NCBI GenBank assembly: GCA_039593645.1
Contig: JBCNOX010000001.1
Span: forward strand, 1-48,581
From: Pseudoduganella sp.
GTDB taxonomy: Bacteria > Pseudomonadota > Gammaproteobacteria > Burkholderiales > Burkholderiaceae_D
Direction: 5' to 3'
Length of the DNA stretch: 48,581 nucleotides
In this document: positions 19,563-29,186 of the stretch, in pieces
Layout of the letters: each line of letters opens with the position of its first letter
Numbering within the stretch: the first letter of the stretch is position 1
Notes under the pieces: generated by a model
What the model was told of the DNA's origin: nothing
Databases searched by the model: none
Seen by the model: the letters and a program-made list of their open reading frames with translations, nothing else
Made by a program: the position numbers and the translations under genes

Positions 19563-21470
19563 ATGATCGACCCAAACCAGCCATTCGAGATTCGCACCGC
19601 AGCCGACGTGCAGGCATTTGAAAGTATCAGCTGGCCGCAACGCAAGCCGGCACAGAGTACTTATGAGCTCGTATGCCAGGCGAGCGAACGACATCCGGAC
19701 AGGGCTGCGTTGCGCTTCATTATGACGGGGAACCCTGGCGATAAGGTGTTCACGTTTGATTACCGGACGCTGAAGGAACGCGTGACCCAGGCTGCCAATG
19801 CTTTCCACCAGGCTGGCATCGTACCGGGAAAGGCGGTCACGCTGCTGCTACCGAATTTTCCACAGACGCATTTTGCGCTGCTTGGTGCACAGGCCGCAGG
19901 GATTGCGAGCCCAGTCAATCCCATGCTGGATGTCGAGCACATCGCGAGCATCGTCAATGAGACTTGTGCGGAAGCCATGGTCACGCTCGGTCCGCTGCCA
20001 GGCGTCGATATTTGGGAAAAGGCTGTTGAAGTAGTAGATCGTTGCCCGTCTATTCGTACGCTCTATGTCGTCAATGCCGCGCAGTATCTTGGCACATTGA
20101 AGGCCGGCGTAGTACGGACAATGGCGATGATGGCAAAGCGTCCACAACGCAACACGGTGACCGTTTTGGATTTTGACGCCACGTTGCAGCGACAACCTGC
20201 AGGCGACCTGCTTTCCAGACGGCGTTTTGCGGAGAGTGACCTTTGCGCCTATTTCCATACGGGCGGAACCACTGGCTTGCCGAAGATTGCCGTGCACCGC
20301 CACGCCAATGAGGTCTACGTCGCATCCATGTTGTGCGCCATGGAGCCGAGGCCGGGAGTCGTAATGTGCGGACTGCCGCTGTTCCATGTCAACGGTGCGA
20401 TGGTGACAGGACTGGCGGCCTTCCACGGCGGGTCGGAGGTCGTGATGTTGACGCCATCTGGCTACCGGGGCGAAAACGTCATGGCCAATTTCTGGCAATT
20501 GATTGAAAGATTCCGCGCAACCAGTTTCAGCGGCGTGCCGACGATTTACGCAAATCTCGCTGCACTGCCGCGGAACGGAGCCGACATTTCGTCTGTTCGC
20601 TATGCTGCTTGTGGCGCAGCACCGTTGCCTGGCGAGGTCGCCCGCCGTTTCGAGTCGGCGACCGGAATTCGGCTCACCGAAGGGTACGGCCTTACAGAGG
20701 GAGCTTGCGTGACGACGTTGAATCCACCGCTCGGCGAGAGCAGGGCGGGGACTGTCGGCATACGTTTGCCTTACCAGCAGGTGAAGGCGTGGAAGGTGGA
20801 TTCGACAGGCAATGCAGTCGCTGAATGCGTCACCGGGGAAGCAGGGGTGATCGGTATTTGTGGGCCGAATGTCTTCCCGGGCTATCTCCGCAATGACGAT
20901 AACAAGGGTATTTGGCTGGCACCTGGTTGGCTCAACACGGGGGACCTGGGCTTTTTGGACGGATCGGGATACCTGCATCTCACCGGCCGTGCGAAGGAAC
21001 TGATTATCAGGGGCGGCCACAACATCGACCCGGCAATGATCGAGGACGCACTATTGCGCCATCCTGCGGTTGCAATGGTGGCTGCAGTTGGGCAACCGGA
21101 CGCGCATGCCGGCGAATTGCCGATGGCATTTGTAACCTTGAAGCCCGGCGCCACCGCAACGGCGGAGGAAATTGCCGCTGCTGCCAGGGACCTGGTGCCA
21201 GAACGCGCAGCAGTGCCGGTGCGCGTCGAAATCCTGCAGCAGATGGCGCTGACGACCATCGGGAAGGTGGCCAAAGCGGTGCTGCGCATGCGGGCTGCGG
21301 AGCATGTGCTGCGCGAGCAGCTGGCGAGCAATGCCATTCCTGCGCAAGTGCATGTGCGCTCAGACCTGCAACGCGGTTCGGTGGCCGTCGTCACCTGCCC
21401 ACCTGCGCACACAGAAAAAGCCCTGCAACTTCTCGGCCGCTTTGCCATACCGGTCGAGCTGGCAGTTTGA
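19563..21470 (+). CDS. Acyl-CoA synthetase (AMP-binding)
   Basis: YFHTGGTTGLPK, LPLFHVNG, EGYGLTE, TGDLG, GRAKELIIRGGHNIDP. Confidence 0.9.
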   Translation: MIDPNQPFEIRTAADVQAFESISWPQRKPAQSTYELVCQASERHPDRAALRFIMTGNPGDKVFTFDYRTLKERVTQAANAFHQAGIVPGKAVTLLLPNFPQTHFALLGAQAAGIASPVNPMLDVEHIASIVNETCAEAMVTLGPLPGVDIWEKAVEVVDRCPSIRTLYVVNAAQYLGTLKAGVVRTMAMMAKRPQRNTVTVLDFDATLQRQPAGDLLSRRRFAESDLCAYFHTGGTTGLPKIAVHRHANEVYVASMLCAMEPRPGVVMCGLPLFHVNGAMVTGLAAFHGGSEVVMLTPSGYRGENVMANFWQLIERFRATSFSGVPTIYANLAALPRNGADISSVRYAACGAAPLPGEVARRFESATGIRLTEGYGLTEGACVTTLNPPLGESRAGTVGIRLPYQQVKAWKVDSTGNAVAECVTGEAGVIGICGPNVFPGYLRNDDNKGIWLAPGWLNTGDLGFLDGSGYLHLTGRAKELIIRGGHNIDPAMIEDALLRHPAVAMVAAVGQPDAHAGELPMAFVTLKPGATATAEEIAAAARDLVPERAAVPVRVEILQQMALTTIGKVAKAVLRMRAAEHVLREQLASNAIPAQVHVRSDLQRGSVAVVTCPPAHTEKALQLLGRFAIPVELAV

Positions 21471-21495
21471 GCGTTTAACTACTACGGATCAAATC

Positions 21496-23118
21496 ATGGA
21501 ACCTAAAACTCCCGAAGCAGTGGATGTTCTGCTGGTCGGCCTCGGGCCGGTGGGCGCTGCCGCCGCCAATATGCTGGGCCGCTCTGGCGTGCGCACGAGG
21601 GTGATTGAAAAGTCGCAGGAAATATTCAAGGCGCCGCGTGCAATTGCGCTCGACAACGAGGCGCTGCGCATCTTGCAAATGGCAGGACTTGAAGATGGCG
21701 CCTTCGCTACGCATCCAATTTCGAAGGTGCAGATGCGTTCTCCTGTTTTCGGCGATTATGCCCGTGCCAATACAGCAGGCGTGCTCGATGGCCACCCGCG
21801 GCTCGTGACTTTCTATCAGCCGGAGCTGGAGAAAGTGCTGCGCGAGCGTTTGGCTGCCTACCCCAAAGTGCAGGTCACGCTGGGCGCAGAATTGCTCGGG
21901 TTTAGCGATGGGCCGCAGGGCATCATGGCAGAAATCCGCAACGCCAGCGGTGAGCGCGAAGTCGTGCGGGCACGCTTCCTGGTAGGTGCCGACGGTGCCA
22001 ATTCCTTTGTGCGGCGTCACATGGGTATGGAGTTTGAAGGGCGGACCTTTACCCAGGACTGGCTCGTGGTTGACGCACAAGAGGTGCCGAATCCGATCGA
22101 CCACGTTGAATTCATATGCGATCCGCGCCGCCCAACGCCGCACATGGTTGCACCGGGCAACCGCCAGCGCTGGGAATTCATGCTGCAGCCCGGCGAAACG
22201 CGCGAAGAGATGGAGTCGCCGGAAAAATTGAAGGAATTACTGGCGCCTTGGTGCAAGCCCGAGGAAATTTCGATCGAACGGACGGCAGTCTATCGCTTCC
22301 ATGCCCGCATTGTGAACAGCTTCTCGAAAGGTAATGTTTTCCTTGTCGGTGATGCGGCGCACATCACGCCACCGTTTGTCGGACAGGGCCTGGTTGCTGG
22401 ATTGCGCGATGTGGCCAACCTTTCGTGGAAGCTTGCCTGGGTCTGCAAGGAGCGCGCCTCTCCCAATATCCTCGGCAGCTACGACTGTGAGCGCCGCCCG
22501 CACGCCCGCTCGATCATCAACCTCGCGCTGATGATGGGCAAGCTGGTCATGCCGCGCAACCGCCTTGTCGCGACGGCTGTGCATGGATTTGTGAGCCTGT
22601 TGCGGGCGTTTCCATTGACCCGGCCTTTGTTCGAGGACTTGAAGATCAAGCCAATCAACCGCTTCAAGCGAGGGCTCTTCATGCGCGGCAAGTCCGGTTC
22701 GCGCCTGATGCGCGGCGGCTTGTTGCCGCAAGGCCTGGTGCGCCAGGGTGCGGATGGAAAGGTCCAGCCAAGCGACAACATGCTGGGGCAGGAACTGACG
22801 CTGCTGGCCTTTGCATGTGATCCATCGCGCTACCTCGATGCACGCTGGCAGGCCGAATGGCAGCGCGTTGGCGGTCGCGTAGTGCATCTTCATCCACGTG
22901 GCACCCATATGGCCGGGCTGAATATCTGGGAGGAGATGACCGACGTGTTGGTCCCAGGAGCGGCGCCGGTTGGCTGGGTTGCCGTCGTGCGGCCCGACCG
23001 CACCATCCTTCACGACGGCCCAGTAGCGGAAGTGCAGCAAATCCTGTTGCGCACACTCGGCATGCTGCAGTCGATGCCACTGCACGAACTCAAGCTTGAA
23101 ACCTGCACACCAACCTGA
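21496..23118 (+). CDS. FAD-dependent aromatic hydroxylase, MhpA (3-(3-hydroxyphenyl)propionate hydroxylase)-like
   Basis: ATG at 21496 (MEPKTPEAVDVLLVGLGPVG), PRAIALD, FYQPELE, VGADGANS, GDAAHITPPFVGQG, VRPDR. Confidence 0.87.
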   Translation: MEPKTPEAVDVLLVGLGPVGAAAANMLGRSGVRTRVIEKSQEIFKAPRAIALDNEALRILQMAGLEDGAFATHPISKVQMRSPVFGDYARANTAGVLDGHPRLVTFYQPELEKVLRERLAAYPKVQVTLGAELLGFSDGPQGIMAEIRNASGEREVVRARFLVGADGANSFVRRHMGMEFEGRTFTQDWLVVDAQEVPNPIDHVEFICDPRRPTPHMVAPGNRQRWEFMLQPGETREEMESPEKLKELLAPWCKPEEISIERTAVYRFHARIVNSFSKGNVFLVGDAAHITPPFVGQGLVAGLRDVANLSWKLAWVCKERASPNILGSYDCERRPHARSIINLALMMGKLVMPRNRLVATAVHGFVSLLRAFPLTRPLFEDLKIKPINRFKRGLFMRGKSGSRLMRGGLLPQGLVRQGADGKVQPSDNMLGQELTLLAFACDPSRYLDARWQAEWQRVGGRVVHLHPRGTHMAGLNIWEEMTDVLVPGAAPVGWVAVVRPDRTILHDGPVAEVQQILLRTLGMLQSMPLHELKLETCTPT

Positions 23119-23142
23119 TTTACATTAGAAAAAGGAGACGCA

Positions 23143-24237
23143 ATGAAGCAATGGGAAGTAAAGACAGTGGTGCTTGCCGGCGCAATGGCGCTGGCAAACG
23201 GCCCGGCACTGGCGGCAGAAGGTTTTGAAATCCGCTATAACCTGACGGGCTCCCTGGGAGGCGAGATCTTTGCACCGCCCAACCAAACAGGGTGGGCTTT
23301 TGGCGCAGCTGCGACCGCAGTGCGCATCGACAAAGTGACTGGTGGGGATGGAAGAAACATCACGCGCACAGTGCCGGGCGGGACGGTGCCCTTGCCCGCA
23401 CCTGTTCCGGCGGCACTTTATCCGACTTATCCTGAAAATGTTGCGACTCTTGACGCGACTGGGCCTATGGACTTGGTCAATATCGGGGTCGGGTACGTGA
23501 CATCGGACCAATTTGGCGGTGGCCGCCTTGCATTTGGCATCAACATCCCGTACGGCCATAAACAGCAGACCATCGTGGCCAACGCGGCAACGCCAGGTTT
23601 GCAATGGAGTCCGGCGATACCTGCCGCGACGCAGGCTGTCGTTGCAGCACAGTTCTCAAGCCAATACCAGGCCGGGATTGCCGCACAAGGCTCGGCCGAA
23701 ACCGGGAGTGTAAAGGGTTTTGGTGATACGGAATTGCAGGGGGGCTGGCTGTATGCCGACAGCAATCTTCGCGTCGTAGGCGGCGCGTCGCTTATCCTCC
23801 CGACCGGCAAGTACAGTTCCAATCCTGGCCCCGATATCGGAACCGGAAACTTTTATACGTTCCGCCCGGCCATTCAGGTCGCTTACCTGCCAACGCCGGA
23901 AATCGGCCTGGCTGCCAAGTTCACCCTCGGGCTGAACACGCGCAATAGAGATAACGAACTACGTAGCGGCAATTGGGCAGGGCTGGAACTTGCGGCTGCG
24001 TACAAGACGGCGATCGGGGTGCTTGGTGTGCATGCAATCCATGCGCAGCAATACCAGGATGACCGCAATAACGTATGGGGGGCGAGCCGTTTCCGCTCAA
24101 CTAACTCTGGGGTATTCTTTACCACCCTGGTGCCCGGCTTGAATATTCCGTTCACGGTGCAGTATATGCGGACCGTATCTTCGCGTTTTGCGAAACACGG
24201 TGATTTTTTCCAGGCCCGCCTGATCAAGTTTTTTTGA
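23143..24237 (+). CDS. Outer-membrane channel, MetA-pathway-of-phenol-degradation/SphA-like
   Basis: Signal peptide ALA-AE, GFGDTEL, LILPTGKY, amphipathic beta strands, C-terminal Phe. Confidence 0.7.
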   Translation: MKQWEVKTVVLAGAMALANGPALAAEGFEIRYNLTGSLGGEIFAPPNQTGWAFGAAATAVRIDKVTGGDGRNITRTVPGGTVPLPAPVPAALYPTYPENVATLDATGPMDLVNIGVGYVTSDQFGGGRLAFGINIPYGHKQQTIVANAATPGLQWSPAIPAATQAVVAAQFSSQYQAGIAAQGSAETGSVKGFGDTELQGGWLYADSNLRVVGGASLILPTGKYSSNPGPDIGTGNFYTFRPAIQVAYLPTPEIGLAAKFTLGLNTRNRDNELRSGNWAGLELAAAYKTAIGVLGVHAIHAQQYQDDRNNVWGASRFRSTNSGVFFTTLVPGLNIPFTVQYMRTVSSRFAKHGDFFQARLIKFF

Positions 24238-24904
24238 CAAGTGCGCCTAACAGGATCGAGTCTTCTTGTAGCGTCACTTCGGGGAGTGGAGCAGCGACTG
24301 CCTTTGCAGCAGCCTGCTCCTTGACTCCTAATCCTTTGAGTAGAGCTCTTACCATCGCTTCCGGATACTCGTCCGGGAGCGGTTCAAACGCCAGCGAGCT
24401 CGCCGCACTGAACATCGTACCCATTACCAGGTCGATGCCAATCCGAATTTCGCAGTCAAACTTTCCCTGCTCAATCCCGGCTTGCAGGTCGCGTCCCAGA
24501 AACTGAATGCCCTGGAGGTGCGGCGCCGCAGCCGGCCAAGCCAGTCGTGCCAGGAAAGTTCCCAGCAAAGGGAATTTACGAGCCGTATGCAGCAACAACC
24601 TGGTGCCGCAGGCCAAACGGGCAACCGTATCATCGCGTTGCTGCACCACGGGGTCAATAATGCGTAGAAGTTCATTACCAATTTCTGTGGAAACCGCTTG
24701 CAGCAACTCCTCATTGGTACGGAAATAATTGTAGAACGAGCCGCGCGACATGCCGGCCAAGGCAATCACGTCGTCGATTACTGCCGCTCCCGGTCCTTTT
24801 TCGGAAAACACCTGCAGCGCGCCTTGAAGGAGGCGAGCGCGCGTTCGCTCGCGCCGTTCGGCTGCAACACGGGTTCGGTGGTTTTCAGTCGGTAAGCTAT
24901 TCAT
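24224..24904 (-). CDS. TetR/AcrR family regulator
   Basis: RRERTRARLL, IDDVIALAGMSRGSFYNYF HTH. Convergent with the catabolic operon (14-nt overlap). Confidence 0.9.
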   Translation of the reverse strand: MNSLPTENHRTRVAAERRERTRARLLQGALQVFSEKGPGAAVIDDVIALAGMSRGSFYNYFRTNEELLQAVSTEIGNELLRIIDPVVQQRDDTVARLACGTRLLLHTARKFPLLGTFLARLAWPAAAPHLQGIQFLGRDLQAGIEQGKFDCEIRIGIDLVMGTMFSAASSLAFEPLPDEYPEAMVRALLKGLGVKEQAAAKAVAAPLPEVTLQEDSILLGALVKKT

Positions 24905-24988
24905 AAACTGCCGTTCATTTGCAAGGGGGGGAGTATGCCATAGCTGAAGTACGCATAATCAGCCCTATCTCATTAGGGTCGCGGTAAC

Positions 24989-25018
24989 TGAATTATCGTC
25001 ACAATGACGATAATGTCA
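24989..25018. promoter_or_regulatory. Second copy of the double operator, upstream of tetR
   Basis: TGAATTATCGTCA-CAA-TGACGATAATGTCA. Confidence 0.75.
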
Positions 25019-25057
25019 AATAAGGGCGGCGAGAGTAGCTTCTTCTTTTTAGCCGCG

Positions 25058-25669
25058 CTAGACAACGGGTATTCTTACCCGCCAGCTTGACTTGCCCCAT
25101 GCTGTTTCAACGGCCTCGCGGCAGATGACATCCACCTCGCTCCTGGAATTCTTTGCATGCCACCGGACCGATAGCGGCACGGCACACTTGGGAACCATGG
25201 GCGGCTCTGACGGATTCCATGCCAACCAATGCGATTTGTGCTTCGCATTCTCGCGGCGAATGAATTTTCTGGCCGCTTCGAGGATGAAGTGGTTTTGCTG
25301 CAGGCTTTTGCCAACGACATCCACTGAGATCGCCCACTTGCGTTCAACCGCAGATGGTGCGGTGCGCTTGCACGTAACGAGCACGCGCTTCTCGCCGTCA
25401 GCGGCAGTCCATGTCGCACGCAATGGAACCTGGCAGGGCGGCACCCAAATCCGGTAGTCAGGGCCGAAAGGCTCCCAGTCGGTCTCGTTATTGGCGTTAT
25501 GCTGGTCGAGGAAGCGCTTCGCGGTCGCCTGAATCTCGCAGAGCACCGTATCCGGTCCGTTCTTCAGGCCGAAATTGTAGGGCGGTTCGCACAGCACACC
25601 GCCCGCCCAGGCGGGGAGGGAGCAGACGAGCAAAGCGCCCCCAATCGCCGTTCTTAAGAGTCCAGCCAA
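25058..25669 (-). CDS. Exported protein with two tandem FlgA-N-terminal-like Cys-pair domains
   Basis: AAGGAG RBS with a TTG start and a signal peptide. Repeat unit A..F....N......W....P....VP.C.VPL...W......V.V.C.......W...V.V occurs twice. Confidence 0.6.
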   Translation of the reverse strand: MAGLLRTAIGGALLVCSLPAWAGGVLCEPPYNFGLKNGPDTVLCEIQATAKRFLDQHNANNETDWEPFGPDYRIWVPPCQVPLRATWTAADGEKRVLVTCKRTAPSAVERKWAISVDVVGKSLQQNHFILEAARKFIRRENAKHKSHWLAWNPSEPPMVPKCAVPLSVRWHAKNSRSEVDVICREAVETAWGKSSWRVRIPVV

Positions 25670-25761
25670 ACTTGCTCCTTTATCGTCGTTCTGCCGTCTT
25701 GCGAGAGTTTGGGTATTATTGTCATTCTGACCCGCTTCCGCAAACGCTTTTGAGCCTCGAC

Positions 25762-27225
25762 ATGACCACTACTCCCCAATTCGACTCCAGCCTGCCACTC
25801 GACATGATCATCTTTGGCGGGGTGGGCGACCTCGCCATGCGCAAGCTGTTGCCGGCGCTGTACATGGCTCACCTGCACGGCAACCTGCCGCCAGGGACCC
25901 ATATCATTTCCACGGGCCGCCAGGATTACGACCGCACGGCATACCTGGCCTTCGTCGAGGAGCATTCGCGCCCCTTCATCAGCACGGAGAACTTCACGGA
26001 AGAGGCCTGGCGCAGCTTCCTGCAGTTGCTGGAGTTCGTGCGGGTCGACGTGGAAAAGGATGGCATGGCACCGCTGGCCAAGGTTTCGCGCTCCGGCGCC
26101 GAGCGCGTGTTCTACCTGGCCACGGCACCGTCGCTGTTCACCACCATTTGCGACAAGCTGGCCGAAGCCGGCCTGGTCGACCGCAATGCCCGCGTGGTGC
26201 TCGAGAAGCCGCTTGGCCGCGACCTGGCATCAGCGGTGGAGATCAACGAAGCAGTCGGCAAGCACTTCGAAGAATCGCAGATATATCGCATCGACCATTA
26301 CCTGGGCAAGGAAACCGTGCAGAACCTGATGGTGCTGCGCTTTGGCAACTCGATCCTGGAACCCTTGTGGCGTGCGCCGAACATTACCAGCGTGCAGATC
26401 ACGGTGGCCGAAGAGGTGGGCGTAGGCAGCCGCGCGGGTTTCTACGACAGCGCCGGCGCCATGCGCGACATGGTGCAGAACCACCTGTTGCAGCTGCTGT
26501 GCATCGTTGCGATGGAGCCGCCGGCATCGCTGGCGCCTGATGCGGTGCGCGACGAGAAGCTCAAGGTCCTGCGCTCGCTGCGCCGCTTCAGCCTTGCTTC
26601 CATCGCGCGCGACACCGTGCGTGGCCAGTACGTGCGCGGCGTGAGCGGCAACCAGGAAGTGCCCGGCTACCTGGAAGAGCGCAATGTGCCAGAGGGCAGT
26701 AGCACCGAAACCTTCGTGGCAATGCGCGCATACGTCGACACCTGGCGCTGGTCCAAGGTGCCGTTCTACCTGCGTACGGGTAAGCGCATGGCGCGCCGCT
26801 CGTCCAAGATCGTGATCGAATTCGCCAATCCGCCATTCCCGCTGTTCCCGGAGACTCCGGGCGGCGTGGCCAACCGGCTGGTGATCGAACTGCAGCCGGA
26901 AGAGGCGATCAAGCTGCAGCTGATGGCGAAGCAGCCTGGCAGCGGAATGCAGATGCAGCAGGTGGCGCTGAACCTTGACCTGCAGTCCGCGTTCTCGCAG
27001 CGTAGGGCCGAGGCCTATGAGCGCTTGCTGATCGACGTGGTGCGCGGCCGCCTGACCCACTTCATGCGCCGCGACGAACTGGAAGCGGCCTGGGAGTGGG
27101 CCGACCCGATCATCAATGGCTGGAGCACCCTGGCCGAAAAGCCGAATCCTTATGCTGCCGGGACCTGGGGACCGTCCGAATCTTTCGCGTTGCTGGCGCG
27201 CGATGGGTTCAGCTGGGTAGAGTAA
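25762..27225 (+). CDS. zwf: Glucose-6-phosphate 1-dehydrogenase
   Basis: ATG at 25762; FGGVGDLAMRKLLPAL, VLEKPLG, YRIDHYLGKE, RDMVQNHLLQ, LRTGKRM. Confidence 0.95.
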   Translation: MTTTPQFDSSLPLDMIIFGGVGDLAMRKLLPALYMAHLHGNLPPGTHIISTGRQDYDRTAYLAFVEEHSRPFISTENFTEEAWRSFLQLLEFVRVDVEKDGMAPLAKVSRSGAERVFYLATAPSLFTTICDKLAEAGLVDRNARVVLEKPLGRDLASAVEINEAVGKHFEESQIYRIDHYLGKETVQNLMVLRFGNSILEPLWRAPNITSVQITVAEEVGVGSRAGFYDSAGAMRDMVQNHLLQLLCIVAMEPPASLAPDAVRDEKLKVLRSLRRFSLASIARDTVRGQYVRGVSGNQEVPGYLEERNVPEGSSTETFVAMRAYVDTWRWSKVPFYLRTGKRMARRSSKIVIEFANPPFPLFPETPGGVANRLVIELQPEEAIKLQLMAKQPGSGMQMQQVALNLDLQSAFSQRRAEAYERLLIDVVRGRLTHFMRRDELEAAWEWADPIINGWSTLAEKPNPYAAGTWGPSESFALLARDGFSWVE

Positions 27226-27967
27226 GTCGCGCGAGCCGCGTTTTCACCGATGCGGCATAACGTTCGCTGACCGGCAGCTGCGCGCCGCCGGCCAGTGTCA
27301 ATTCGTGGCTTCCCTCCTGGAGCTGGCGAATCGCCTGCATCTGGCTGCAACGCACGACCATGCGGCGATGGATGCGCAGGAATTGCGCCGGGTCCAGGTA
27401 GCGCTCCAGCTCCGTCAAGGTGCTGCGGTGGAGGAAGGTGCGCTGTGGCAGGTGCAATTCGACATAATTGCCCGCCGACTCGATCCACAGCACCTGCGAC
27501 AGGTCGACGCGGTCGATCCTGCCGACGGAACGCACGGCGAGCTCGGTCCAATATCCGGGGCTGGGGTTGACGAAGCCACGCAGGGCTTTGGTGTAAGCGG
27601 CACGCTGGTCGAGCAGTTTGCTGGCGCGATCGAGTGTTTGTTGCAGCCGTTTTTCGTCTACCGGTTTGACGATATAGTCGAGCGCGTGCACGTCAAATGC
27701 TTCCAGGGCGTGGCCCCGGTGGGCGGTCACGAAGACAATCAAGGGTGGCGCTTCGCGGCGGCTTAGCTCAAGCGCGAAATCCAGGCCCGACTCCAAGGGC
27801 ATCTGCACGTCGAGCAGAACGATATCCGCACTGCCTGTCTGCAGGAAGCTGCGTGCCTCCGCTGCGCCGGCGCATTCCGCCGCGACCTGCCAACCCGGCA
27901 GCGCCTGCAATGCAAACCGGAGGTTGGTGCGTGCGTGGGCCTCATCGTCCACGATCAGCACCTTCAT
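27209..27967 (-). CDS. LytTR family response regulator
   Basis: ATG at 27967 (MKVLIVDDE), LLDVQMP, FVTA; LytTR domain SAGNYV, FLRIHR, LPVSERY. Confidence 0.92.
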   Translation of the reverse strand: MKVLIVDDEAHARTNLRFALQALPGWQVAAECAGAAEARSFLQTGSADIVLLDVQMPLESGLDFALELSRREAPPLIVFVTAHRGHALEAFDVHALDYIVKPVDEKRLQQTLDRASKLLDQRAAYTKALRGFVNPSPGYWTELAVRSVGRIDRVDLSQVLWIESAGNYVELHLPQRTFLHRSTLTELERYLDPAQFLRIHRRMVVRCSQMQAIRQLQEGSHELTLAGGAQLPVSERYAASVKTRLARLTLPS

Positions 27968-29058
27968 TATTGCACCCTCCAGGGCAGGGTCAGCTCCGCC
28001 ACGAAGCGGTTGCCGACGCGCGCGGTCGCCAGGCTGGCCGCTTCGCCATAAGCCAGCTGGAGGCGCGCGCGGACGCCGCGCAGGCCAATGCCCAGGCCCG
28101 CTGAAGGCGCTGGCTGGGGGCTGGCCGGATTCGAAACCAGGACTTTGAGCTGCCCTCCGTGCCGCAAGAACTTCAATTCGATATCGCTGGTTCCTGGGTG
28201 GCACTCAAGGTCATGGCGCAGGGCGTTTTCGACCAGAGGCTGCAACAGCATCGGCGGGCAATCGACGCCGTCCTCCAGCAAATGTCCGCCTTCGATGCGT
28301 ACCTGGAGGCGCTCGCCAAAACGCAGGCGCTGCAAGTCCAGGTAATTCCGCACGAACTCCAGTTCCTTGCCGGCCTCCACCCAATCGCTTTCGCTGCTCG
28401 CCAACGCATATTCGAGCAGGTCGCCGAGCCGGGACAGGCCTTCCAGTGCGAGCGCCTTGTCGTCCATACGCACCAGTGCGCCGATCGCGCTCAGCGTATT
28501 GAAGATGAAATGCGGTTCGAGCTGGCCGCGCAGGGCGGCGAGCCGCTGGCGTTCAAGCGACAGCAGGGCCTGGGCCAGTTGCCGGTCTTGCTGCCGGCGC
28601 TGGCGCCACAGCAGGATCGCCACGACAACGCCAAAGGCCATCGTCAGCAGTACATACTCGACAAACCATTCGAGCTTGTCCATTGTGACCACGTAGGTCC
28701 AGGCGTTCGCAATCGTCGGAGGGATGTCGAACTTGAAGCAGCGGCGTAAGCCCAGTCCAAGCATCGCGATCGGCCAGCACACGGCAAGGTAGGCGAGGTA
28801 GCCCACGCCCACGCGCTGCATGCTGGCGAGCCAGTTCGGATAACGGCGGCAGGCCATGTACAGGAGATAGCTTTGCACCATCATCACCGAGTAGCCAAAC
28901 CACCAGCCGGCTGTCATCTGCCAGTAGCTGCGCTTGTCTCCGCTCTCAACGCGGTCGCCGTAGGTCGTGATGCCGGCCAGTGCGCAGACCAGCGTCCACA
29001 GCGCGAAGTTGGCCAGCAAGGCGCGCAGCCAGGCTGGCATTGAATGTAGTCGGTCCAT
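27967..29058 (-). CDS. LytS/YehU-type sensor histidine kinase
   Basis: TM region, QLEPHFIFNTL, LLQPLVENALRH, GLGIGL. Likely ATG at 29058; TAATG coupling to the regulator. Confidence 0.9.
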   Translation of the reverse strand: MDRLHSMPAWLRALLANFALWTLVCALAGITTYGDRVESGDKRSYWQMTAGWWFGYSVMMVQSYLLYMACRRYPNWLASMQRVGVGYLAYLAVCWPIAMLGLGLRRCFKFDIPPTIANAWTYVVTMDKLEWFVEYVLLTMAFGVVVAILLWRQRRQQDRQLAQALLSLERQRLAALRGQLEPHFIFNTLSAIGALVRMDDKALALEGLSRLGDLLEYALASSESDWVEAGKELEFVRNYLDLQRLRFGERLQVRIEGGHLLEDGVDCPPMLLQPLVENALRHDLECHPGTSDIELKFLRHGGQLKVLVSNPASPQPAPSAGLGIGLRGVRARLQLAYGEAASLATARVGNRFVAELTLPWRVQ

Positions 29059-29087
29059 GGCGCGGCAGTATATCAGCGGCATTGGGG

Positions 29088-29120
29088 CATTCATCCCGGT
29101 GGAACGGGTGTTCGTCACAT
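29088..29120 (+). promoter_or_regulatory. Candidate LytTR direct-repeat site
   Basis: TTCATC (29090) and TTCGTC (29111), 21 bp apart, upstream of the TonB receptor. Confidence 0.35.
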
Positions 29121-29186
29121 TCCGCATCGTTTTTTTCGTTGCCTCGCCAACAATGCGCATCGTTCTTTCACAACCGAGCCATTACG

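Noticed and set aside
24905-25761. A third tRNA-end repeat closing the catabolic block
   Set aside because: I could not find the CTCCGCCAGAAC core here or later, so the catabolic block is not called a bounded island.
25411-25761. ORF-track N-terminal extensions of zwf (also of the MhpA-like gene, TonB receptor, response regulator and serS)
   Set aside because: Most extensions overlap neighbouring genes or promoters and lack family similarity; downstream ATGs match the family N-termini.
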